Position numbers and translations under genes: made by a program
The notes under the pieces: generated by a model
Told to the model about the DNA's origin: nothing
Database searches by the model: none
The model's input: the letters and a program-made list of their open reading frames with translations, nothing else
Assembly (NCBI GenBank): GCA_040954595.2
Contig: CM082592.2
Location: 9,597,677 to 9,661,676 of the forward strand
Reading direction: 5' to 3'
Length of the DNA: 64,000 nucleotides
Origin: Balanoglossus misakiensis
Taxonomy: Eukaryota > Animalia > Hemichordata
Part shown: one piece after another, positions 18,601 through 30,600 of the stretch
How positions within the stretch are numbered: the stretch's first letter is position 1
How the letters are laid out: every line of letters begins with the position of its first letter

Positions 18601-21600
18601 TTATGACTCAAATTGACATAAGGGCAAAAGCCCACGCACGAGTTTCCAGCGTTACCTTGGTTACACAGAACCCGCGAATTGTACATAATTCAATCTGGCA
18701 GTAATAAATACGGCACACAAGAAAGTACATTTCCGTAGACTCTACTTATGTGTGTTCGACTTTCAGTCATATTACGGTAGCGCAAGCAGTTCAACCTTTT
18801 CGAGGGGTTTTGCCAATATACAGTTCCAGCCACAACACAGCATAACACACTCAACATGGGTTCGATCAAAGTTTTCGTGTGGCGAAAGGGTTAAACGCCG
18901 AATACTCTGCTGTGACATATTTGCACGAAATAAGTGTTCATACACCGTGTTTATTATTCATTAACCGGAGAACGCCGAAGCCAGTGCGTGTCCGACGTGA
19001 ACCTTTCTCCTATATAATTGATATCTGATTATGTACACACAATATATCTTTATAAACCACTGCCCACCCTATATTATCCACAAGGCTACACCTTCCCTGA
19101 CTACGCCGGCATGCCCCCGTGGCATGATGGGTAGACACCGAGAAGAGGCGACCCAGGCAGCCGCCACTATAGTTTCAACGGGTCCATGCACATTTAATAA
19201 CACTGTAATTTTTTGAGGAAATTGCACAGCTTTCACAAAGAATTTTTTCGGGCCCCGCGACGGCACAGAAAGCCGTCGCGTATATTAACATTTCGACGTA
19301 ACCGAGTCAATTTCCTATGGTTACGAACATTCACGCTGCAATTTCGCCTCAAATTAAAGTTAAATTGACTTGTGCACGGCGCTGTCCGTATTCAATCACG
19401 TGCGCGTGAAGGATATTTCATTGGGGCGAACAACACGGCGCTGCCATGGGAACAGTGATAACCACTAGAAGCGCGCTAGGAGCATGTCTGGCATGGGCAA
19501 TGACCCGTCTCAAGATCCGACGTTTTTAGTAGTTTCGGCGAATAATCGTTTAATCGCTCTTGCTCGTGAATGTGTAGCACTTGTTGAAATCTGTCTACAA
19601 GTATCATATAATTGTTTGTATTGTGCCGGAAGATTACCGAAGAAATATTTAGGGTACGGAAATATATCCAGTTAGGATGTCGTACGCTTACATGTATTTC
19701 TTCTTTCAATATTGCCGCGACAGTACAATAATTGTTTTATTTCACACTAGTGTTGCATTGTATCGCGTCATATTTGTGTGATAAGATATAGAAACACCTA
19801 GACAACTTGCCCAGTAACGGGCCAGAAATTGGTGTGATTACACAAACAATTGTTTTCAAAGTTTTTGTTTCGAATTGATAACCCCTATATCAAAATAACG
19901 ACCGTTATCGTGAGAAACCCAATAATCAGGGATATGAATTGCTTGCAAGAGAATTCCAACAACGACTTCCCTTAGCCATAGTTTCGAAACAAAAATTATT
20001 CATTCAATAGGGCACATCTTTCTGTATTTTTAACTCTGTCGAAAAAAAAACAGGCCTAAGATTCGCCCGCTTTGGGGTCTAATGCGTGTTGCTTGGTCGC
20101 GATGGAGATTCCGAGAGAAAAAACATAACATTTGATGGAAATTGACAGAAAATGAACACCGTCACCAAAACTACAAATCTTTACCGAACAATGCTGCACG
20201 GGGGTCAGTACGATGATTGGAGATGGATTTGAATTTTAAGACTGCAGCAAAGAAGAAAACACGCTATATTTACACGGCGTGTTTATTTTAGGTGGCGTTA
20301 TCAAGCCGTCTTTTCATTGTATGTCTATTTGTCGTTGTAAAATATTCGTGTCTCTAAACGATGGAACTATTTTAACAATACCCGTGACATGGACAAATCG
20401 ATCAATGTGGTTAATGGACTTGTCAAGGGGGTTCGTGGTGCATGCAGACGCATTTGTCGCCGGGACCAGCGTGTCGAGATTTCTAAAATAAATAATAACC
20501 TTAAACATTTTTTTTCCATTTTTACTTTATCCCACATTGCTGATGAAGTATAGCCGATATATTATTTCAACGTTTGCACAGGCTAATTTTTATGATATTT
20601 TGTAACCACAGCAACGCGTCAACACGGTTATCCAGAAGGAACTTAGAAACTGTATTTTGTGTGCACTTTGATTACTCGGTAGCCCTTTCATCCCTGTTTC
20701 TTCTCAAATGGTTTCACCCATGCCCGTTGAAAACAACGGGGCTGCACTAAATCCCGATGGCATATCCAGTCTACTTCAGTACTTCACAGACTTCCGTTTC
20801 AGCGCAAGAAGTCCTGAGTCATTAATGCATTAACGCTCACGCGCAATGTCGGGTCGTTTTAGTGCTCGCCGGCGATTGATAAACGGGATTCCTTTGTGCT
20901 TGCGATAACGTCGAAACGGTGGAATGAATGCTGTATTTTAGAAAAGGTTAAAAGTTATTCTGTTTATTAGCGACATCTCAAAGACCCCCTTAATGCGCGA
21001 TAAAATTGAGCAATTTGTCTCAGTGTAGTTTAGGTGAAAACGACCGACGGCGGAGTGATACGCCGTGGTTTTCTTTCCGTGAACTAAGTGCCAAATCGAA
21101 TCGGCCGTAGACACAAAGTAGTACTGTCGTACACAAACCTAAAGAGCGGGCATTTAGTCCATGAGTCGACTACACCCCGGGGGTTAAAGAACAATTATCC
21201 CAGCACGCCCTTTCTATTTTTTTTGCGAACAGTGGAGCCAAACATTTTTTCATAGTTTCGCTCGGTGTAAACATGTTTTAAAAGCCAACAAAAACGTTTT
21301 AGAGAGCCAGGCTTTCTGCGGGCATGTGAACTTACGCCCCGGGGAATCGTTGACTTGAAATCTTGAGAGCGAAGCATAATAGAATCGGTGAAGTGCCTTT
21401 CAGATATACTGAGTTTGTATTGAATAGATAGGGGGTGGGAAGATTGCGCCTTTCTTACAGGTGTGTTGTGTCTGGCAAAGGTTCTATTTAAAATGCCTAC
21501 AGTGGCGAGAATATGTGTTAACATTCACGTATGGTTCGTAACAAAAATAAAATATTCGATCGATAGAATATGTCGATAGGTAATGCGAAATCTATAGTTT

Positions 21601-24554
21601 TGAAATAATGCCTGTCGCATTGACAGCGAGGCCAGTTGTACTAGAGCTGCGATGCTGGGGTCGATTTCATCAGAGTGAGATCCACTTTCTGTAGGTCTAT
21701 GATTTTCTCACGAGACAAACTTGCTAGCAGGTTTACCTGAGAGCCTCGCGATTGTTTTAAACAGTTCAAGTTGGTTTACTCTGCATTGTTTATCGGTGCT
21801 AATGCTTGAAAAGGAGTGTATGGTGCGTGGATGATCGATGGAATAATTGCAATTGTAGATGCCCCGGTCCGCCATTGTGGTCCGGCTGAACGATTGACTA
21901 TCAAAGGGGACAGATATCGATTTCTGCGGCGTTAATCGTTCAAAGTACAGAGAGGAGATTGCCAAAACTTTGAGTCTATTATGTCGCGTGACACGGAGAA
22001 CTGGTCTTCATACCCCCTTGAAAAATCATGCCTCAGTCACGAACAGGGAGGCACTTCGGTGTTGGGGGGGGGGGGGTCGAAAAATCTTTCAACCCCTGGA
22101 TGTAATTTACACTCAGACGGTCGCCGTGGTAACTGAGGAAGTGATCAGTTTCCCGTGTTCGGAGAGACATTTAACACAGCGTGGAATAAAACACACTCAA
22201 TTAAGTTAAGCGCACGGTGTTCCCGGCAGCGCCGAGCGGGGGAGTAAGTGACGAATCGTTGCCTGGTTTAATGCACCAGCGCTGTCGATCACTCAGTACG
22301 TAGCCATAGTTACCGAGCATTTCCCGATTCGACCACTGGGCCTCAGTTGCCGCCTCAATTCCTGATTGCATGGCGTGTTTACCTCGTTACTACAGTTACC
22401 TAAGCGCACGCCACGCCAAATTTCCTTTCAGAGAGAGAGACTTCTCGTCGATATATTTTTCTATGGGCGTTTTAAAGTTTGATATGACTGTCTGAAGAAG
22501 CAATCTTGTTAGGGCGCTGCGCTGGCCTCCGGGAATAGCCGCAAAAAGGCCTTTTGTTGTCGACGGGCAGAGGTGTAAACTTTGAGCTCGAAATGTGAAC
22601 ACCTGCTTTTGAAAATTTAAATGTAAATCAAAACATCAGGAGTTCCACAAAAGTTGACGAGAAGAGCATCAACATTGTGTTGAACGTGTTTATTACACAT
22701 AAAATGGAGGTGTAAAATATGCCGAACAGAGCAGTAAATTTCCCACGGCGATATGCGTGAGTAGGAAACCGCCGTTCTTGTTTGTCACGCACGCTGACAA
22801 AGGCTTTAAGTCGCGCACATAAACAAGAGCTTGCGAAAAAAATATATATGTACGTTATGTCAGGGCAGTTTTAATGTGACCACGTCTCTATCGATTTTTT
22901 TATTCGAGTTTTTTTTTAACTTCTTGCAGAGTTCGAGGGGTGACCAGGCAACCAGATACATCACATTCGTGACAGCGCCCCCAATCGAGCGAAGGCCACC
23001 CGGAAAACGACCGAAGCACACACCCAAAAAAGTAGGTCCTCTAAAATTCTGTGTTCTCAAAAAAAACCATGACATGCGTTGAAGTATTGACACGTACTTC
23101 TGCATGGCGGCACATTCAATAAAATGACGATTGCACTTAGGGCGTTGATTCAAACCTCAACAATTTCAAAAATGTTTCTTTTGCAGCCTTTGGGTGAAGA
23201 GGAGTGTTACCGCTGTCAACTCCACACAGATCATTCAGAATGCGAAAAAGTGAGTACCACCATCAAACACTGACGTTACCGACTTTACATATTTCGCAAG
23301 TATTTGCTAAAACAGTGAACACTGCCGGAACAATTGTGCGAATTTATTAAAGTGAAGGTTGCTTGATTATCTTCAAGTTCCTTTGACAGACAAATTAACT
23401 TGGGCGCAAACGTTTCTTTTCACAGCACAAATACCTTCGAATCGGTGGCGGGTTTCGCCACAGTTATTGGTACATCCGGGGTATCCTCGATGTTATAGAA
23501 GAGGAACAAAGACTTGCAGCGGAAGAAGCCATGAGGAAGTACCAGGAGGAACAGGACCGACTCGCGGAAGAAAGAAGGAGGCGCGAGCAACGTGAGTATT
23601 CATGGGTAATTTGAGAGTCCCATCAAGAATGTCCCAAATGCAATCAAGGTGGGGGGGGGGGGGGGTATCAATGTTGATAAGCTGCAAATCTTGCTTGGTA
23701 TGAGGCAATAATACAGACCTCTATGCCCCGTCACTGATCACATGCTTTATCGTGTAAACTGTTTCAATCTCCCAACAGCCAAGAAGCGAGTCAAAACGTA
23801 CGTCCGGACCAAGAGCGGCAGGAAGGTCAAGAAATACCACTACTTCACGGAAGACGAGTACAAGGAGTTCAAGAAGGACGACAAGACGGCGAGGAAGATG
23901 TTAGGTTTGGGCGAAAATGAAGAGCTGATGGACTGGTCGGCATCACGAGGTGTTTTTGTTCAGAGCGACACTGGAGATTTCATCAAAGGTAAGGTCTATA
24001 GGCTATACAAGTGTTGTCAATATTGAAGACGCTGTTGTTTGAAGGCAAATAAATATCTTTCGAAGAAGTTGTGTCAATGTAGGCAGATTAAAGCCTAAAA
24101 CCTGTATTTGTAATGCGCATGATACTTTTGCAGCTCGCAAACGAAAGGGTGAAGACGGCGTCCCGTATCTGGACTACGGACAACTTGACGACATCGACGC
24201 CGCCAAGGGAAAGCATCATCGACGGAGAAGGTAAGAGGACCGAACAGCGTCTTTTGTCATAATTCACTGTCTTGTTCACTTTGTGTCGCAAATTAAAACA
24301 ATGCCACTCTGAAACCTGATGAAAAAAACGCATAACAGCACCGAATAGAAAGGCGTTTGCCGTGGATTGTGCCGATAAAATGTACTTTTTGTGTTGTGTT
24401 TGTGCGCATGTCAGTAACAAGCAGTGTGCGTCGCAACGTGTGGCGATAACCCCAAAAAATTAATATTGGCGACACGACACTGTTTCTTGCTTCTGTGTTT
24501 CAAACCTTATACTGTGTCCTTACTGTTCAAACATACGCCTACCACCCTCTCATT

Positions 24555-24630
<76 letters not shown>

Positions 24631-27600
24631 CCTCTCTCACTCTCTCTCTCTCCCTCTCTCTCTCTCTCTGCCTGACCCTCCTTACTCTGCACGCGCACGC
24701 ACTTTTGTAAATGCTAATTTGTTTGTAACGCAGGTATAGTGAAAGCGATAGCTTAGAAAGTGGCGTTGGTGGCAGTATTGTGAGTGGGGAACGTCGACGT
24801 CACCGTCGACGTCATCACAGGCGGCGTGGATCTCGTTCTAGGGACCGGTCCTTCTCAAGCGACTCTTACGGTAGTCGGGACTCGAGGGACGGTCACCGAC
24901 GCCGGGGGCGGCACCGTCGCAGCCGAAGACGTGGTAGCATCGACTCAGACAGCGACAATAGTTACCATGATAGGCACGACAGCCGAGGGGGTGAGTGGTC
25001 AAAACTATTTTGTCTTTAGCTTATTAAAAGCTGAACGCACCTCGAATATTATATTTATTATAATCTGGTCAAACCTGTAGGGCGCAGACGAAGACATCGT
25101 CGCCGTCATCGTTCATACTCAAGTGACGACAGCGGTACAGACCCCGGCAGTGGCGACGACCGCGATCGCAGGCGACGACGTCATCGCCGATCTCGGCGGC
25201 GGAGCGAGAGCGACGGAGATTCGAGCGCCGACAGCCGAGACCGGCGGCGTCACAGAAGACGCCGGCGACGCAGCTACTCGGATTCGGACAGCGACAGATC
25301 AAGGTCGAGGCACAAGAAGGGTGGCCGAAGACACAGGAGACGGCGCAGGTAAAGAATGGGCAATATTATCTGCATCAAAGATTGACAGGACATTCTTCAT
25401 AACCTGAGTGAAGCACGTGGCTTTCCATTGTGCCAAACGCCATGCACACGTTGACAATTGTGATAATTGAGAGTTTAGACACCAATTTAACGACTCTGAC
25501 TCAGAACGGATCATCACTTCATTTCACAGGGACAGTTCTTACTCTGACTACAGCGATGACAGTAGAGGCGACAGTGGCGGAGGTCGACGGCGCGGCGGCG
25601 GTCGTCGTCGGCGGAGGAGGAGATCTTACTCCGATGACAGCTATTCAGGAGATGATGAAGACCGTAAGTGATATCTATCAACATTTATCTTCTAAATCAA
25701 CTTTTCGAGTTTTTTTCCCTTTTGCATGACAGTGGCTTTGCGTTCAGGTTCCCGGCATGCACTTCGAGAGTACAGTGGTGGTGATGGCTTTCAAACTAAC
25801 AGACCAGTTTAAATTTTCAGATTTTCGCTTTTTCTTGCCGCTCGAGGAACGAGGAGGGAGCCAGCCGTCCATGCATGTACTGTGAGCCATTCTTTCTTCA
25901 ACGACCGCAGCGGGGTTGTGGTCACCTAATAACAGATTTTGTGCCGAAGAAAAATGACGTTGTTGTATACAGACTATTAATGAAACCAGATTAAATGTCA
26001 TTGGTTTACTCGTTTGTTCTTAGAAAATTGAAGAAAGATTGGCTGCACAGTTACTATACGCCCGGATTATTCGTTCTGTGTTCTCTCACTAACCACATAC
26101 TAACTATGTCTAACTTCTAAGAGTGTGACAGGATCTTGTCAACTGTGTATGTTGTGTCTATGCATTGTGTTCTCTTCTCATTGAGAAGATTGACACCTTT
26201 ATCTGTGGTGAAGGGATAGTCACCCGGAGAGGTGTTTTGTAAAGGTATTTATACTTGACGAGGGTATGCATGGAAGTGCATGACTTTTAACTGCATGACG
26301 TGTGTATCCCTGGCGTCACCACGTCAGGGAATTGACCTTTAACCCCTACTGACTTGCCGTGTATGACAATGACGAATTCAGTAAATTTGTAATATTGTGA
26401 ATCGTAAATACCATTCAGGACGACAACGACGACGATCAGGTCGCCGACATCGTAGACGACGACGTCGCGACAGTTACAGCGATGACAGTTACGACTCAAG
26501 GGGTGATGGCGACGATGACGGCGGCGGTGGACGACGCCGACATAGGCGACGCCGACGACGGAGAAGTTACGACAGTTTTGACAGTGAAAGTGACGACATG
26601 TCAGGAGACGAAGGCGGTGGCGGTGGCCGTCGTAAGGGTCGTAAAGGAAAAGGTGGCCGTCGTCGACGTCGTCACTACAGCGACTCGGAGTCTTCGTACT
26701 CGGAGGTAAGTGCATTTTGTTCTTTCGGTTACAAACTTCACTTCTACTTCGTTTTTGAGGAAAATAGCAAAGCTGAAATTCCAAATTCCTCAGAAGACAC
26801 ATTCATTCATTCATTTACGAAAACAATCAACATGCATTCGTATTCTCAAACTACAGAGTGACGACGATAGAGGCGGCGGTCGAGGACGGCGGAGACGTGG
26901 AAGACGGCGTCGCCACAGCGACTATAGCGACGACGAGGATGATGGCGACTACGACAGCGACGGGTCGCGGCGACGCGGCAGGAGGAGACGGGGAAAAGGC
27001 GGTGGTCGTCGCCGACGCGGACGAAGGAGGCACGGCAGTTCAGATGACGACAGTTACAGCGGCGGCAGTGGTAGCGACAGTGAATACAGTCGGCGCCGTA
27101 GACGGCGCCGTCGCAGACGTCATGGTACTTCACCATTTGATTTGGGTTGATTTGAGTTGCCTCGGTTGCGGGTTACAATTAAAAGCCTGTGTCTGCCGCA
27201 AATATCATCTCATAACGTATTTGCCGCAGCAAAAATACAATTTTTTGCATTTCTCCGCCTGTTTCTTTCGTTTTTCGCTAATTAAATGAAATATAAGCGC
27301 TGAAGCAACAACCTTCTACAAACTGCTGCACTGCAAATCTGGCTACTCTATTGCAAAATAATTTCTCAGTTATATTTGAAATATGTTCTAGTCTTTTGAC
27401 TTAATTTTCACAATTTACTTTTACCTTTCAAGGAGATATCCACAGTGCATTTTAAAACTCTGGAAACACAAGTTACAACTTAAGTCAAATAAAGCACAGA
27501 TTGATAAGTGTGTGTCAGATACTAGTAAAGCAAATTGAAAATTAAACTTTCCAACATTCACTCTCCGGAATCTAATATTAGTAAGAGTAAAAATCATCAT

Positions 27601-30600
27601 TCGATGGCAACCTGAGTTGGTGCACACGTTTATCCTAGCAAGTAACGCAGAATAATGATAAAAACACCGAGTTTTTACTCAGTGTGATTTTATCCAGTAA
27701 AATGCTTCAATTATGATCTCTATGGTATAAGACAACGATTTGGACAAGAAAATTTACTCTTTCGTATACATGTACATATTTTGACGTGAACGACAATTCG
27801 ACAATCCACGCGAGACAGTATGGTTGTGGTCAATACGTGCCCGAACATCATTTCTTTTTGCAGGTGCAAAGTATCTTTGGGTCGTTTTGCTTTTTTTAAC
27901 TAGCCGAATCCGAATAAGATCACAGCAATGCTTACGTGTGCACTCTCGTCGTTTCGTCTTTCTGTATGCATCAAAACTAACCAATGGTTACTTCTAACCC
28001 GCAGTGTCTATACGTTATATATTACTTCACTAACAATTTCCTTTGGGGAAATTTGGTCCATTTATTTCACATGCGCTTTCTTTTACAGTTTTGAAGTTTT
28101 CTCCTAAGGCCAGCTTCTAGGGCAATATATTATAAACATGTTTTATTGTCGAATATTATCTCATATCATTAAAAGAAAGATTTACTTTCAGGAGTGTCTC
28201 ATTGGTCAAAGGTCATGCTGAAGCGGGTGCTTCATGCTGCATTCACGTGTGGACATTTTACAGACACTCTGTCGTCATTACGCTTGCGTTGTGATTAGTA
28301 CGATATTGTCCGTGCATTATTCATTTGGCAAATCTGAGTAAAGTCTCCAATATTTTTAAGTCATACAATTCATCTGCTTTGGAACGTGTTTTGGCTTTGG
28401 TTTGCTTTTCGCGATATAAAATATGAAATCTTAACTTTTTTGTCTTTCCTTATTTCAGATTCCAGTTATAGTGATAGGTAAGTGTATTTTAAGTTGTGTA
28501 GAAATCAATCTCTGAGATTTGCTGCTAGTGCCGTCACCAACTATAGTGAGTGGCTGGAACATCCCTATTGAGCATACGCCCACGATAAAACAGAAAATGC
28601 ATATTGGTTGAGAAAATGTGGGCATATGTATAGAGAGTGACTACCACAGAACCTGTGAATAAACCACGCTTGTCGCTATCACTTTCGGTTACAGCTCAGA
28701 GTCGACAGACATAGCCTCGGTCCGGAGCTCGGCGATCAGCGCGGCGAGCGACCCGAGTAGCGTGCACAGCAGTGACGTTTCCAGCGTCAGTGGAGACTTC
28801 AGCGAAACTGAGAAGAGGAGGATGAAAGCGGAGAAGAAGAAAAAGATCTTCGAGCAGAAGAAACAGAAGAAGCAAGTGGAGAAGATCGAGAAGGTCAGGG
28901 AGCAGGTGGAGGTCAAGAGGGAGAAGAAACGCCAGGAAAAACAGGAGAAGAGGGAGAAGAGGGAAAAGAAGAAGGAGAAACGAAGAGAACGGGAGAGAAG
29001 GAGGTATGTTGCTGTTTGTGTGAACACCAATAAAGTTTACTATAATAATTGAAGTCTTAAATGTCATAGCCAGTCTCGCGAGATCTCGCAATGAGCGGAA
29101 AATCATCTATCGTGGTTTGTGACTTTCTCAGGCGGCGCTACTCGAGCAGCAGTAGTTCGGAGAGCACGAGACCCGTGAGTCCCGTGAGGAGTGACGAAGT
29201 GTCCAGCGTTCACAGCAGTCAGGTGTCCAGCGTGAGCGGAGACTTCAGCGACGGCGAAAGGCTGCGCAGGAAAGAAGAAAAGAAGAAGAAACTCAAAGAG
29301 CAGAAGAAAGAGGTCAAGCAGAAGCAGAAGGAAGAGGTTAGGAAACAAGAAAAGCGTGACCGACACGAAAGAAGGCGGGAACGGAGGAGGTATGTTCAGT
29401 AAAGATGTGTTTTTTTCTGATCAAATAAATTTTGGACTCATTTTGACTAATAGTGGTGTCCTTTAGTCATCAAAAACTACTTTGTTACTAAATTTCTTCA
29501 GGCGAACTTTAAATGTGCCCGTGTCTGATCTCGCATTGGCTGTTTTGTTCACACGCAGGCGCAGAAGTTACATGAGCACAGTAAGTGCGGCCAGTGCTGC
29601 TAGCAGCGTGCATAGCAGCGACATTTCCGACGTGTCCGGCGACTACAGCGACGGCGAGAGGGAAAGAATCAAGCACGAAAAGAAACGGAAGAAGAAAGAG
29701 GAAAAACAAGTCACGAAGCAACTCAAGAAAGAGAAGGAACGGCGAGATGAGAGGCGAAGAGAAAGGAAAGGGCGCAGGTATTGATGATTTGTCTCCAGAA
29801 CAACTTGAATGCTGCGAGTTTTGTGTGCGTATATGGATAGCCTTGTGCGTTACTTTGGCAGACTGGTTAACGGTCGTTTATTTTATTTTTTTGCTTAATT
29901 TCAAGACGCGGTAGCGACGAATACTCGAGCGACGATTCCTATGCACGTGGAAAGCAAGACTTCTACGATCTTCCGGAAGAAAAGAGGAGATCGATGGTGA
30001 AATACGGGAAAGGCAGTCGACGTGGCTTGACCAGTCCGATAGAACAGGACGATTATCGAGGAATGGAATGGGAGTAAGTACATATTTTTGCGCAAATGTT
30101 GACATTTTTCCTAGAATCTCTCTATTAATGTGATCCTATCTGTGAAATTATGGAAAGCTTCCTGAGAGCAATAATCATATGAAATGAATATACATCCTAT
30201 TAATTATTTGATCAACTTCGAAATGGCTTCCTCAACTTATTGATCACGTGACATTTACTTCACAGCAAAAGGAAAAAGAAAGACAAGAAAGGAAAGCGGC
30301 GATCGGGTGTTGGTGCGGACGATTCGGATGACGACAGTGTCCAGATTGAAATCACTACATCTGATGGCAAGAAGGTGAAAATGAAGAAGGGCCTCATAAA
30401 ACAGCTTCGACGGGAGGGCAAGCTGGACGCCAGCGGGGCTGTGAAACAGAAGATACGCGTCAAAAAGGACGGAACGCTGGCGCGCGACAGTGACAGCGAC
30501 GCCGAGAGCGTTACCTTGGATACCTCCACGGTGACCAAGCTGCAGAAGGAGGCAGGGGCGTTTGATTTGATGGGCGTCAGCCAGAAGTGGACAGGCTTTG

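Noticed and set aside
17026-22929. Possible nested gene or ncRNA in the 5.9-kb intron
   Set aside because: Only short ORFs with no recognisable motifs or consistent exon chain; no tRNA, snRNA, snoRNA or miRNA hallmark was recognised by eye.
24424-24710. ORFs with SLSLSL or RERERE repeats
   Set aside because: Translations of the intronic (CT)n microsatellite.
24784-29784. Many overlapping alternative-frame and antisense ORFs (Thr/Ala/Val-rich, Leu/Phe-rich)
   Set aside because: Explained by stop-poor low-complexity codons of the Arg/Asp and Lys/Glu exons; they have no independent splice structure.
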